A stretch of DNA of 64,000 nucleotides from an uncultured bacterium. Its GTDB lineage: Bacteria; Chloroflexota; UBA5177; JANWHV01. The translations under genes were made by a program, and so were the position numbers. The stretch is from NCBI GenBank assembly GCA_963827235.1, contig CAWHAE010000014.1, positions 397,891 through 461,890 on the forward strand, written 5' to 3'. This document shows, piece after piece, positions 1-12,762 of the stretch. Numbering within the stretch: the stretch's first letter is position 1; every line of letters starts with the position of its first letter. Below the pieces are notes generated by a model. The model saw nothing but the letters and a program-made list of their open reading frames with translations, was not told the DNA's origin and ran no database searches.

Positions 1-1692
1 AAGGACCTGCCGACGGCGGCCGTGGTACTGATCATCGAGGATCTGGAATCGCAGACGAGCGTCAACATCTCGAAGAAGGCAGGCGAGGGAGTGGTCGGCC
101 TACTCAATCCCCAGGATCAGGTCGCGGTAAGCGACGCGCAGCCGGGGCTCGTGTGGCCCATGAGCCACGTTACCAACAAAGCGGCCATCGTGCAGGCCAT
201 CGAAGCGATGCAGCCGGAGGACCCTCCAAGCTATGCCCCGTTCCTCGAGCAGGCCTACGAGATTCTGAAGAGCGCCCAGGCCCAGACCAAGCACATCATT
301 CTGCTGGGCGACGGCGATGCCGCCAGCGGCGACACCACGAGCATTCTGCAGCAGATCTACAGGGCCGGCATTCGCGTCTCCACTATCGAGACGAACGCCG
401 CTGCGCCGTCCGACTTTCAGAACCTTGAGGACATCGCGCGTTACGGCGGTGGCAAGTACTATCCCGCCGACAATGTGAACACCATTCCGCAGATCTTCCT
501 CAAGGTTGCGCGCACCGTGGCCCACAGCGGCATCATGCAGGGGAAGTTCTTCCCCGAAGCCGTGGCACCCAGTCCGATCATCGACGGGCTGGTAGGCGTT
601 CCCGCCCTGACGGGTTACGTCATCACGACGCCCAAGCCGCTGGCCACCGTGGTGCTTGCCAGCACGAAGAGCGATCCGGTTCTGGCCCAGTGGCAGTATG
701 GACTCGGGCGATCGGTGGCCTGGACAAGCGACGCCGCCGGTGTGTGGACGTCGGCGTGGCTCACCTCGCCGCAGACTCGCAAGCTCTGGGCATCCATGGT
801 GAACTGGACTCTGCCGCCGCAGCAGACCGTGAGCCTTGCGCTTTCCTCCTCGGTGTCCGACAGCACCATGAATGTCGACGTGGTCAGCGTCGACGGACAG
901 CCGTATCGCTCGCTCACTGCACACATCGTCGGCCCACAGGGCACACAGACGATCGCTCTGCAGCCGTCGGCACCAAACGAATACGACGGGCAGGCTCCGG
1001 CTGCCGCTGCCGGTGTCTATCTCCTCGACGTGCAGGCTCGGCCGGTCTCGTCGCGATCCACCAGTTTGACGCGAACCGTGAGCGGCGGACTGGTCGTGCC
1101 CTACGCCCCCGACTATCGGGATGCCGGCGTCGATCAGACACTCCTCCGTGCGATAGCCGCCGCCGGCGGAGGCACGGTGCTCACGCGGCCAGGCGAAGCC
1201 TTCGCTCCGAATCTCCGGCCCGTCGATGTCGCATCGCCGCTGCAGGAAGCACTGCTCATTCTCGCCCTGGCGCTGATCCCTGTCGACGTGGGTGCGCGCA
1301 GGCTGGTGCTGCAGCGCGCGGATTGGCTTGCCCTGCTGCGCGCCTTGGGTCTCCGCCGAGCGACGGCGAGCACGGGGCAAGCGCCTTCTCCGCTCGCCGG
1401 CGTCCGGGTGCGTCACAACGCTCGCGCGCGACGTCCGCGCGACCGGGCTATCGAGCCAATCGCACATGTTGCCTTCCCCGCGGCAAGTGTCCCGCCGGCG
1501 TCGGACCGCGGTGCCTTACCGGCGTTGACACAGGCTCAGCCCGGCCGGAGCGCCGCGACAGCAGCCGGCGCTACTGCGCCGCGAGGGGAAGGAGCGCTCG
1601 CGCCGCCCGAACACGGTGCAGGTCTGGAGGATCAGCCGCCGCCGTCGTCGAGCAGATTGCTTGACGCGAAGCGGCGCGCACGGCGGCAGTAA
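1..1692 (+). CDS. VWA-domain membrane-anchored protein (5' partial)
   Basis: Frame is open from the window edge; VWA-like strands (VLIIED, TKHIILLGDGDA), WQYGLGRSVAWTSD motif, C-terminal TM helix and basic low-complexity tail. Confidence 0.75.
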   Translation, partial: KDLPTAAVVLIIEDLESQTSVNISKKAGEGVVGLLNPQDQVAVSDAQPGLVWPMSHVTNKAAIVQAIEAMQPEDPPSYAPFLEQAYEILKSAQAQTKHIILLGDGDAASGDTTSILQQIYRAGIRVSTIETNAAAPSDFQNLEDIARYGGGKYYPADNVNTIPQIFLKVARTVAHSGIMQGKFFPEAVAPSPIIDGLVGVPALTGYVITTPKPLATVVLASTKSDPVLAQWQYGLGRSVAWTSDAAGVWTSAWLTSPQTRKLWASMVNWTLPPQQTVSLALSSSVSDSTMNVDVVSVDGQPYRSLTAHIVGPQGTQTIALQPSAPNEYDGQAPAAAAGVYLLDVQARPVSSRSTSLTRTVSGGLVVPYAPDYRDAGVDQTLLRAIAAAGGGTVLTRPGEAFAPNLRPVDVASPLQEALLILALALIPVDVGARRLVLQRADWLALLRALGLRRATASTGQAPSPLAGVRVRHNARARRPRDRAIEPIAHVAFPAASVPPASDRGALPALTQAQPGRSAATAAGATAPRGEGALAPPEHGAGLEDQPPPSSSRLLDAKRRARRQ

Positions 1693-1714
1693 GTAGCCCC
1701 GGCGGGCGGCGCGC

Positions 1715-2620
1715 TCACGAAGCGGCGAGGGCCACGATGACGCCGAGAACGGTCAGCCCGTTCACCATGGCATGAAGCATGATGCTGGAATACAGTGACT
1801 TGGTTCGCTCCACCAGAGTGCCGAACACGATGCCCATGAATACCAGCCAGGGCAGGACCGTGGGCGATCCGTGCAGGGCCGCGAAAGCAATGGCAGTGCT
1901 GACAACCGTTGCCAGCCCAGAGCATCGACCGCGTATCAGCCTGAACAGGAAGCCTCGGAAGAACACTTCTTCCGCCACTGGCGCAAGAACGACCAGCAGG
2001 ACGAACAGCATCAGGAAGCTGCCGGCCGAGGCGGACATGTCCTGCGTCAGCACCGACACCTGGGAGGCGCGAGGAGCCGTGCCGAGAAGGGTCTGCGACG
2101 ACAGGTTGATGGCGACGCCAGCGACGGTGACCGGCACGAACATCATCGCTACGCGGCCCACCGTGCGACGGGAGACCGGCCGCAGACCAAGTGCCGCCAA
2201 AGAAACGCCGTACTTTACGACGCTCTGCCGGTATACGGCGTAGACGAGGCCGCCATACAAGCCGGCACCTACCACGAGATCGGTCAGCACGCCAGAATAC
2301 GGTCCGATCGCGGCGGTGAGCCGGTCGTACGCTCCATCGGGAAGCAGCCAGGTCATCTCGCCCACCAGGTACACCGTTGAGACCACGAGGCGAATGAGAA
2401 TCATGGCAAGGATCGTGCTGGTGGCAATAGCTACTGTCCACAGCAGCACGAATCCCAGATCGTTGAATCCCCACGGAGCCGGCTCCACTGCTTCAGCCCG
2501 GGCTCCTCCATGCTTCCAGGTTGGCCGAAAGGAGGTGACCAGTCGCACGCGATCCAGGGGTCCGCCAAGCCAACGGCCCGCATACGGGCCAAGAGTTCTT
2601 CGTTCAAGCATCGTCAGCAC
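1715..2620 (-). CDS. CPBP (CAAX/Abi) family intramembrane glutamic endopeptidase
   Basis: APVAEEVFFRG, FAALH and SIMLHAMVN motifs; multiple TM helices. Confidence 0.9.
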   Translation of the reverse strand: MLTMLERRTLGPYAGRWLGGPLDRVRLVTSFRPTWKHGGARAEAVEPAPWGFNDLGFVLLWTVAIATSTILAMILIRLVVSTVYLVGEMTWLLPDGAYDRLTAAIGPYSGVLTDLVVGAGLYGGLVYAVYRQSVVKYGVSLAALGLRPVSRRTVGRVAMMFVPVTVAGVAINLSSQTLLGTAPRASQVSVLTQDMSASAGSFLMLFVLLVVLAPVAEEVFFRGFLFRLIRGRCSGLATVVSTAIAFAALHGSPTVLPWLVFMGIVFGTLVERTKSLYSSIMLHAMVNGLTVLGVIVALAAS

Positions 2621-2973
2621 CTACACTGCTGCTAGCCGTGGCTCGCCGTCAGCGGCCGTATGTCGTGACCGGCGAGTCGGTCGCAGCGTCTGACCGGGAA
2701 TTCGCACCCCGGCGCCTCATCAGTATAGGTGAGCGGCGATCTGGTATCGGGTGGTTATGCACATCGAGCGGACCGGTTCCTGCCGGGTTGGCGACGGAGT
2801 GCTGCTTCCGGTCTCTCACGTACTGGCGAGCCCCGCGGGAATGGCCTGCTCGTCTTACCGTCTCCGCATGCGTCAAAGCACGCCTACGATGCCGAGCGGT
2901 ACCGAAGCGGAACATGCTGGCCGGGCGCGCCTCACACCTGGCGAGCGGCCCGGCAATTCGCTGCGCTGACCGC

Positions 2974-3264
2974 CTACCGGCCGCGCGACAGGGGCGTGCC
3001 CGCCGGTTCATTCATCCTGGCGGCGTTGTTCGCGGTGACCATTGCGCGGTTCCGAGCTCGCCGCCTGCGTGTGAGCATGAGCACTGCCGAGGACGATAGA
3101 CCCCAGAAGAACAGCAGAGCCCCGAGGGCCGACACGTCGACGCTGGCGACGCCGATTCCGAGGAAGAATATGGCCACACCGATCACCACGATCACCAGCG
3201 GTACCTTGACTGGCTTTCTAGGCCGCTCCGCGCGCTTCCCGACCGTCGATTGTGACATCCCCAT
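2974..3264 (-). CDS. small two-TM hypothetical membrane protein
   Basis: GGAGGTG RBS before ATG at 3264; two hydrophobic segments followed by RRRR. Confidence 0.6.
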   Translation of the reverse strand: MGMSQSTVGKRAERPRKPVKVPLVIVVIGVAIFFLGIGVASVDVSALGALLFFWGLSSSAVLMLTRRRRARNRAMVTANNAARMNEPAGTPLSRGR

Positions 3265-3364
3265 CCAGTTGTTCACCTCCCGGTTGTGCCGTTGATCCCT
3301 ATGCAGTGGCGCCGCCCGCCACCGCTCCGGACGGCGGCCGAGCCTACGCTTCCCATGTGCCCGG

Positions 3365-4036
3365 TCAATTCGGATTCGAGTATTGTCGCGCGTAGGCCGA
3401 CCCAAGGGCGGACATGCGCTCCAGTATGGCGAGCTCGCGGTGAAGGATCGCCAGCTCGAGCTGCAGCCGCATTTCGGCGGTCTCCGCCTCCAGCACCGCC
3501 TGCAGCGCCTCGGGAGCGCTCGGCTGGAGCTGCTGAATGATGCTCGCCAGGCGGTACGACAGATCTACCGCTCCGGTAGGTAGATCGACTTCCAGTGGCT
3601 CCTGGTCCACTTGCTGCAACAGGAGCCCGATATATCGGCGGATAGAGTGGCTACAGGACGCGGCCAGATGAGGCGTCCACTGCTCGTCGCCGACAGGCTC
3701 CTCGAGGATCTCCACTGCAGCGTGCAGGTATGCCCGATCGAAGCAGCGCTCGTGAACGCGGAAGCGTTGCCTGCCCTCCGCCACGATGTTCATCCGCCCG
3801 TCCGACAGCCGATTTGTCTCCATTATCTCCGCGACGGTGCCGATATCGATCGACGCCGGCGCATCCGCTGCCTGTCCGTGGCGCGAGGGCTGCAGCAGCA
3901 CGCCGAAGCGACCATCAGTGGCAAGACAGTTGGCGACCATTTCCCGGTATCTGGGCTCGAAAATGTGGAGAGGCAGCGACATCTCAGGCACCAACACAAC
4001 ATCCAGGGGGAACAACGGAAGGTCAATGTGGCTCAT
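3365..4036 (-). CDS. LON peptidase N-terminal (substrate-binding) domain protein
   Basis: LPLFPL..VL.P...LPLHIFEPRYREMV and DGRMNIVAEGRQRFRV motifs; no ATPase or protease domain. Confidence 0.9.
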   Translation of the reverse strand: MSHIDLPLFPLDVVLVPEMSLPLHIFEPRYREMVANCLATDGRFGVLLQPSRHGQAADAPASIDIGTVAEIMETNRLSDGRMNIVAEGRQRFRVHERCFDRAYLHAAVEILEEPVGDEQWTPHLAASCSHSIRRYIGLLLQQVDQEPLEVDLPTGAVDLSYRLASIIQQLQPSAPEALQAVLEAETAEMRLQLELAILHRELAILERMSALGSAYARQYSNPN

Positions 4037-4320
4037 CGTTCGTTCCCGTACCCTCAACACTACGTGCCTCGCCTCGCGAGTCGGGGCACTCCACCCGGAG
4101 CCAAAGCACGCGCACTGTCTGGTAGCTCCACGTACGATATGAGCGTTACCCTAGACTATCATCGGCCACGGCGAACAACAAGTACGCCCCCATCTACAGC
4201 CTCACACGGAGTCACGACCGGCATCTCCCGGTACCCTGGAAGTGACGCGCCGTGGCGCACACCACTTCGTACGCGACGATCGGGCGCAGTCTGACGCGAC
4301 ACTTGGAGGAGATCTCGAGT

Positions 4321-5160
4321 ATGGGCCCCGTGGTAGATCGTGACGTTACAGCGCCGGAATTCGCCGAGCGCGTGGTGAAGCGCTCGGCGACCGTGCCGGT
4401 TGTGGTAGACTTCTGGGCGACTTGGTGCCAGCCTTGCCGCATTATCTCGCCGACGCTCGAGCGGCTCGAGCGGGCGGCCGGCGGAACGTGGGAGCTCGTC
4501 AAGGTCGACATCGACCGGGAGCCCGCCCTTGCGGCCGAGTACAGGATTACCAGTATCCCGGCCCTCAAGGGCTTCCGGGACGGTCGCGTGGTGGCTGAGA
4601 TGGTCGGTGCCCAGCCCGAAGCTGCCGTTCGCTCGTTCCTGGCCAGCCTGCTTCCGTCGGAAGCGGATCGATTGTACGCCGAGGCCGCGGATCTGCTCGC
4701 GGCAGGGTCATCTGACCAGGCTGAGAATCGCCTTCGCCAGGTGCTCTCCGCCGACGCCGGTCATACGCGAGGCCTGCTTGCCTTCGGCCTCTTGCTCGCC
4801 GACCGCGGGCAGATCGACGAGGCGGCAGAAACTCTGGAGCGGATTCCTGTCATGGCGGAGGAGTATCGCGAGGCTCGCGCGAAGCTGGCCGCGATAGGCT
4901 TTGCGCGGGCTGCTACTTCGGGCGCCGTCGGTCAAAGTGCTACCACCGCTGAAGACGAACACCTGGCGGAGGGAAACCGCCTGGCTGCTACGGGCGACTA
5001 TCGGGGTGCACTTGGGCATTTTCTCTGGCTGGTGGAGCACAACCGGCGCTATCGAGACGACGAGGGCCGGCGGGCGGCGATCGCCGTCTTCGAGATCCTA
5101 GGCCCGGACGACCCGGTCACTCTGGAATACAGGCCGCGGCTCTCGTCACTTCTGTTCTGA
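4321..5160 (+). CDS. thioredoxin-TPR chaperedoxin (YbbN/CnoX family)
   Basis: VDFWATWCQPC thioredoxin motif, TPR-like helices, C-terminal YRPRLSSLLF; GGAGGA RBS. Confidence 0.9.
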   Translation: MGPVVDRDVTAPEFAERVVKRSATVPVVVDFWATWCQPCRIISPTLERLERAAGGTWELVKVDIDREPALAAEYRITSIPALKGFRDGRVVAEMVGAQPEAAVRSFLASLLPSEADRLYAEAADLLAAGSSDQAENRLRQVLSADAGHTRGLLAFGLLLADRGQIDEAAETLERIPVMAEEYREARAKLAAIGFARAATSGAVGQSATTAEDEHLAEGNRLAATGDYRGALGHFLWLVEHNRRYRDDEGRRAAIAVFEILGPDDPVTLEYRPRLSSLLF

Positions 5161-5332
5161 GCTCGCGGTGACCACGAAAGCAACGCAGTACCTTCCACAC
5201 GCTCCGGGGCTGTTGCCCCGCCGTTACCAGGCCGGCGCCCGGCGGCGCGGGCAGGGACATACTGAGCAGGTGGCGATTCGCGTGAGAGCATCGTCTTGTG
5301 CGATCGACCCCATACCAGCGTTGGCTCTGCGT

Positions 5333-6050
5333 TCATCGATCCCGAGTTGGCGCCGCGCCATCAGCCAGCCAGGTCGCCACCTCGTGCAGGCTCTCGAATC
5401 GGCGGAACGCGCCGGCAAAGTCCTGCCCATCGGTGACCGAATTCGGCACTACGACGCATCGCAGGCCCGCGGCCGTCGCCGCGCGCAGACCAACGGACGA
5501 ATCCTCAATTGCCAGAGCCTCTTCTGCCGACAGGCCGAGCCGCCGCATGGCGAGCAGGTGAACGTCTGCCGAGGGCTTGCCCCGCTCGACCTGATCACCT
5601 GTGGCCAGGGCGGTAAAGGTCTGGAGCACGCCGAGCGATTCCAGTGCATGCCGTGCTGATTCGAGTGGCGAATTGGAAGCAAGGGCCACCACGAGACCGA
5701 GCCGCGTCGCCACCTCGATAAGCTCACCGGCTCCCGGCATTGGCGCCAGGCACCGGCTCCGTATGCGCAGGTACGCCTCGGTGTGGGCCGCGCCGTATTG
5801 GCTTCGTATGTCGGGCAGAACGCGGAGGGTGCACAGCTTGTTCCATTCTCCCACCCCTATCAGACCTACCATGCTTCTAATCTCGTCGGCCGTCAAGGGT
5901 GCCAGACCGAGCGAGGCCAGGACCTCATCGTGAGCCTGCCAACTCCAGAATCTCGCTGTCGATCAGCAGGCCGTCGAGGTCGAGCACCAGTGCGCGCAGT
6001 CCGACGGGCGGCTCCGCTACCTCCGCGACAATCGACTTTACTGAACGCAT
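5333..6050 (-). CDS. HAD-IA family phosphatase (frameshift near 5945)
   Basis: LVLDLDGLLIDSE motif I lies in a different frame from GKPSAD and AIEDSSVG; ATG overlaps the pdp stop. Confidence 0.8.
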
Positions 6051-7411
6051 CAGAAACGCGTCTCCTGTAGATGACCGTCTACCGTGCCGATGATCAGCGG
6101 CGACGGCTCCGGTAGCTCCTGCGACATTCGCAGAGCCGATTCAAGCAGGCTGGCGCCGGCATCGAGGTGCGCGGAATCGGAGCCAAAAACGGTTGCCCAG
6201 ATCGCGCCTTCCTTCAGTGGCGTGCCCACTTTCACCCTCAGCAGCACGCCGGCCGCGTAGTCTATCGGATCGCCTTTCCGCTGACGACCGGCGCCGAGCG
6301 CCCGAGCGGCCTCTCCGACCGCGAGAGCGTCGACGCGGCTTACGAAGCCTGACCGGGGCGCGGCGAGATCGCGGTTCATCCGTGCGCCAGGCAGCACCGA
6401 CACCGGATCATCGACCACCCGTACATCGCCTCCCTGGGCGGCTACCAGGGCGCGGAATCGCTCCATGGCCTGCCCGCTCGACAGCAGATGCTCGAGTTCC
6501 CGGCGCAGTGCCGCTGCTTCCGCCGAGCCACGCGCGAGTGCTACCAGCCGGCCCGCCAGCCATAGGCAGACCTCCTTGAGATCGTCGGGACCACGGCCCG
6601 ACAGCGTGTCGATCGCCTCACGCACTTCCAGCCCGTTACCTACCGCGAAGCCAAGCGGCTGATCCATGGAAGTTACGGTAGCTTCCACGAGGCGTCCCGC
6701 CGCCGATCCGATCTCCACTAGGGCGCGAGCAAGGACGAAGGCCTGATCCGGAGTCGACATGAACGCGCCTGAGCCTGTCTTCACGTCCAGGATGATCGCG
6801 CGGGCCCCCGCTGCGAGCTTCTTGCTCATAATGCTGCTCGCGATCAGTGGCACGCTGTCGACCGTAGCCGTGACGTCGCGCAGTGCGTAGAGCATGCCGT
6901 CGGCAGGCACGAGTGTGCTTGACTGGGCCGCCACAGCGATGCCGATCCGCCGGGCTTGCTCGATCATCGCGTCGGTCGTCATGCTCGTGCTGAAGCCGGG
7001 TATAGACTCCAGCTTGTCCAGAGTGCCTCCCGTGTGCCCGAGGCCCCGTCCGGACATCTTGGCCACGGTGAGCCCGGCAGCTGCTAGCAGCGGACACAGG
7101 ACCAGCGTGGTCTTATCGCCAACCCCGCCCGTCGAGTGCTTGTCGACGGTCACGCCGGGCAGGGCCGAGAGGTCGGCGGAATCGCCCGATGCTACCATCG
7201 CTGCGGTAAGGTCCGCGGTCTCTCGCGCGGACATCCCGCGGAAGTAGACGGCCATAAGGAACGCCGCCATCTGATAGTCGGTGACGGCACCCGACATGTA
7301 GCCACCGATCAGATCTCGGATCTCTTCGCTGCTTAGCTCGATGCCGTCGCGCTTTTTCTTGATCAAGCTGTACATGCGCTGCTCCCGGATCAACTCATTA
7401 TGTGCAGTCAC
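6050..7411 (-). CDS. pdp: pyrimidine-nucleoside (thymidine) phosphorylase
   Basis: VDKHSTGGVGDKT, KMSGRGLGHTGGTLDKLES and LIASSIMSKK motifs. Confidence 0.95.
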   Translation of the reverse strand: MTAHNELIREQRMYSLIKKKRDGIELSSEEIRDLIGGYMSGAVTDYQMAAFLMAVYFRGMSARETADLTAAMVASGDSADLSALPGVTVDKHSTGGVGDKTTLVLCPLLAAAGLTVAKMSGRGLGHTGGTLDKLESIPGFSTSMTTDAMIEQARRIGIAVAAQSSTLVPADGMLYALRDVTATVDSVPLIASSIMSKKLAAGARAIILDVKTGSGAFMSTPDQAFVLARALVEIGSAAGRLVEATVTSMDQPLGFAVGNGLEVREAIDTLSGRGPDDLKEVCLWLAGRLVALARGSAEAAALRRELEHLLSSGQAMERFRALVAAQGGDVRVVDDPVSVLPGARMNRDLAAPRSGFVSRVDALAVGEAARALGAGRQRKGDPIDYAAGVLLRVKVGTPLKEGAIWATVFGSDSAHLDAGASLLESALRMSQELPEPSPLIIGTVDGHLQETRF

Positions 7412-7674
7412 GTAGCGCGCTACGACACCCGCCTGGACACCGCTCTCAAGCTACAGCAGCAAGGCCCGGCTCACGCTGACTTGGATGGCCTGCACTGTGT
7501 GATGCTACATTGAGAAGGAGGGGCACGGCCAGCCCTGGCCAGCACCCCGGTGTGAGGAGAAGCGCCGCTCTCCGGCCGTCGGCTGCGTTCGTCGAACGAT
7601 CAAGCTGTTGTCTGCCCCCGGGCCGTCGCCGTACTGTTTCGACCCGCTCGTCGGCCCGGCAGATTGGGAGCCCA

Positions 7675-8673
7675 ATGAAGAAGTCGTTGCCCGCGCACGA
7701 GGGACCCTCGAGTCTCCGCGGGCGTCCTTCGTACCGTATGCTCGTGACCGATATAGATGGCACGCTCCTCAATTCGGAGTCCCAGCTCGCGCCGCCAGTC
7801 GTCACGGCGATCGAGCGCGCGCGCCGAGCCGGTGTGATCGTTACGATCGCCACCGGTAGGCGATTTGCCACCTGCGAGAAGCTCCTTCGCGACCTCGGGC
7901 TATTTGGACCGCTCGGCCCAACCCCTATTCGTGCCGTATCGGCGCAGCTCGCCCTTCAGTCACCGCCCATCGTCCTGGAGACCGGCGCCATGGTGTCGAG
8001 CGCCGACGGCTCCCACGTCCTGTATCGTGACCCGCTCGCACCGGCCAGCGGTAGGCAAGCACTGAGAATACTCGTCGAGGCCGGTCTGCAGCCTATCGCC
8101 TACGAGGACCGCGTGATCGGACAGCGGCTCTTCACCGGCACGGAGGAGTACGACTCCCCGGCAGCCACCGAGTTTCTGAGCCGGAATCCCGAGCTGGTGA
8201 TCCGCATGCCGTACGCCGCCCTGGAGTCCGACATCGAGCCAGTGCATATCGTGGTGGTTGACAACTATGCGCGAGTCGAGCCTATACTCGCCCGCCTCGA
8301 GCTCGCCGACTGCCGCACGCTGATCTCTTACAGCCCCAACCTTGACAGCTGCTTCCTCGAGGTCTTCCATGGAGACTGCTCGAAGGGCACCGCCGTGGCA
8401 TGGCTGGCAGGCTACCTTGGCATGGGAATCGAGGATGTCGTCTGTATCGGCGACAACTGGAATGACGTGGAAATGCTCTCGACGGCGGGTTGCGGTATCG
8501 TGGTTGCCAATGCCGAGCCCGGTGTCAAGCCCTACGCGAGGCGCATCACGGTGTCGAACGACCAGAACGCCGTCGCGGTCGTGCTGAATCAGATAGTTGA
8601 TGGCACAGAGCCGGGCAAGGCGAATCCCGACTACCTACCCGTCGTCGAGGAGAGTGTCGGCCTCGCCGAATGA
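7675..8673 (+). CDS. Cof-type HAD-IIB hydrolase (start uncertain)
   Basis: VTDIDGTLL, IATGRR, SKGTAV and IGDNWNDVEML motifs. Confidence 0.9.
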   Translation: MKKSLPAHEGPSSLRGRPSYRMLVTDIDGTLLNSESQLAPPVVTAIERARRAGVIVTIATGRRFATCEKLLRDLGLFGPLGPTPIRAVSAQLALQSPPIVLETGAMVSSADGSHVLYRDPLAPASGRQALRILVEAGLQPIAYEDRVIGQRLFTGTEEYDSPAATEFLSRNPELVIRMPYAALESDIEPVHIVVVDNYARVEPILARLELADCRTLISYSPNLDSCFLEVFHGDCSKGTAVAWLAGYLGMGIEDVVCIGDNWNDVEMLSTAGCGIVVANAEPGVKPYARRITVSNDQNAVAVVLNQIVDGTEPGKANPDYLPVVEESVGLAE

Positions 8674-8683
8674 CTCGCCATCG

Positions 8684-9928
8684 CTAGCGATACAGAGAGA
8701 CTGAGCATTCCAGCAGGCCGAATTGCAGCGAGTCGCCCTCCTGGAGCAGAAACCACTGCTGCGGCTGCAGGGTGCTCCACTGCGGCTGGCCGGCCCTCCG
8801 CACCCGCGTCCCGTTCGTGCTGCTCAGATCCCTGATCGCGAAGCCATCGCCCTGCCTCGCTATCTCCGCATGTCTTCGGGACACTCCCAGGTCCTCGGAC
8901 TCGCCGGGGTCGCAGGCTTGCGAAAGGTTCACATAGGCCTGACCTTGGGTTAGCGGACCGTCAAGGCCACGGCCGACCACCGTCGGCGTTCCATTGCAGC
9001 GAAATACGAAGCCGCTACGCACTTCGATCAGCGTCAAGGCACGCACTGCTGGCGCGGCATGCGGCACGGATCCGGCCACGGGCTGCCCAAACGCCACTCC
9101 GGGCCCTGATGGCGTCCCTGTTGCCGGCAAGCCAGGCGAGGAGTCGCCGGCGCGAATCTGCTGGCTGGCAGGCAGTACGATCTGCTGCGTCTCATCTGCC
9201 GGCGGCGTGTGAGCCGCGGACGGCTGCCTGCCGGCATCGCCGCCCAGGGCCGCTTGGGCGCGCGCGTTCGCCGACGTACGGGCCCGCTGAGCCATGTCCA
9301 AAGCACCCTGAAGCTCGCCCAGCGCCTGGTCGAGCGATGCGCGCGCGTCGTCGAACGCTCGATCGCGAACGCTCGCCGCCGCGGATGCCATGCGGACATC
9401 CTGCGCGGCAAGGATGGAGCCTATCGACCTCAGGGTGCTCTGCCAGCCGGCATCGTCGAATCCCGGTCCGCGCTGAAGCTGCATGTCAGCCAGGGCCTGG
9501 CGTAGGGCTGAGTAGCGGCGGCGAGCCGTCTCCAGCATGGCATTGCATTCGAAGGTCTGTTGAGCCCGATGAGCCTGCTCCGCGGCCGCCTTCTCTCGCG
9601 CGGCCCGGTCCGCGACTACTTGCCGCGCCGCGGTCACGCGCTGTCCAAGCTGCAAGTACGGCGCGAACAAGGGCTGGAAGCTGAGAGCCTGGTCTAGTAG
9701 CCTCCTGGTTTCGCCCCAACGCGTCTGCTGGCCGGCGCTTGGTACCGACGCAAGAAACTCACGAGCGCGCAGCGTCAACGCAGGCAGGCGCGACGCCAGA
9801 TCCCGGGCCTCGGGCAAGCCAATCTGTAGCGCCGCGGCTACATTGCTTTCGGCCAGAGAGATTGCGTGATCCAGTTGCAGCAGCGCGTCCGTCAGCGACT
9901 GGACGGACTTGGCAAAAGGGTCGTTCAT
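8684..9928 (-). CDS. FHA-domain protein with N-terminal helical/coiled-coil region
   Basis: C-terminal VVGR...GVSRRHAEI...DLSSTNGT FHA signature. Confidence 0.85.
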   Translation of the reverse strand: MNDPFAKSVQSLTDALLQLDHAISLAESNVAAALQIGLPEARDLASRLPALTLRAREFLASVPSAGQQTRWGETRRLLDQALSFQPLFAPYLQLGQRVTAARQVVADRAAREKAAAEQAHRAQQTFECNAMLETARRRYSALRQALADMQLQRGPGFDDAGWQSTLRSIGSILAAQDVRMASAAASVRDRAFDDARASLDQALGELQGALDMAQRARTSANARAQAALGGDAGRQPSAAHTPPADETQQIVLPASQQIRAGDSSPGLPATGTPSGPGVAFGQPVAGSVPHAAPAVRALTLIEVRSGFVFRCNGTPTVVGRGLDGPLTQGQAYVNLSQACDPGESEDLGVSRRHAEIARQGDGFAIRDLSSTNGTRVRRAGQPQWSTLQPQQWFLLQEGDSLQFGLLECSVSLYR

Positions 9929-10051
9929 GGCTCCATCACCGCCCTCTTCCGCACGCTCGACCTTCGGAATTGCCCGGGCACATGGGTTCCTCTTCGTGTT
10001 GTGGTGCCGGAGGACAGCGATCCCGCCCGGGCTGGGCAGTCGAGCAATCTC

Positions 10052-12156
<2,105 letters not shown>

Positions 12157-12244
12157 CAGGCCACCGGTATCCGTCTGCAGGCAGATAGCCAGGGCGGCTG
12201 CTGTATGGGAACGTGTGTCGCCCAACCGGGGATGGACGCCTCGG

Positions 12245-12589
12245 TCACACCTGCTCGAAACGCACCACATCGACGACGAAGATTGTGGCGCCTCCAAGCT
12301 GGACGTCGACCGGGGTCGGCATGTAGAACTCGCCCGGCTCCATCATCGGCGGTAAGGGGTTGATGTACTGCGTTCGCGTCCTGCAGTTCTTGCGCACCAC
12401 TGCGATGGCATCGTGTACCTTTTCGTCGGGCACACCGACCAGGATTGTCGCGTTACCCTGGCGGAGAAACCCACCGTGTGACTGGTAGCGCGTGCTGCGA
12501 AATCCTTCCTTGGTAAGTGCGCTGACGAGGCCGCCCGCGTCCTCGTTCTGGACGATGCAAAAGATCAGCTTCACGTCTACTACCTCCAT
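12245..12589 (-). CDS. darA: cyclic-di-AMP receptor, PII-like PstA/DarA (YaaQ)
   Basis: KLIFCIVQNED, GGFLRQGNATILVG and GGATIFVVDV motifs; downstream of tmk as in Firmicutes. Confidence 0.92.
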   Translation of the reverse strand: MEVVDVKLIFCIVQNEDAGGLVSALTKEGFRSTRYQSHGGFLRQGNATILVGVPDEKVHDAIAVVRKNCRTRTQYINPLPPMMEPGEFYMPTPVDVQLGGATIFVVDVVRFEQV

Positions 12590-12762
12590 AGAGGCCCGAG
12601 AATTGCGCCGTAGTGCAGCGCATACGGCGTGGCTGGCTATACGCTTTCTTTATGAGCCTGATGAGACCGACAGCCGTACAACGCTGGTCATAGGTTATGC
12701 CTGTTGCTCAGACGATGCAAGCACTTTCGCGCACCTCCTGGGTGATGAACCGCGGCACGGCG

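Noticed and set aside
5896-6050. HAD gene as a true pseudogene
   Set aside because: A local indel with all catalytic motifs intact, in an indel-prone assembly
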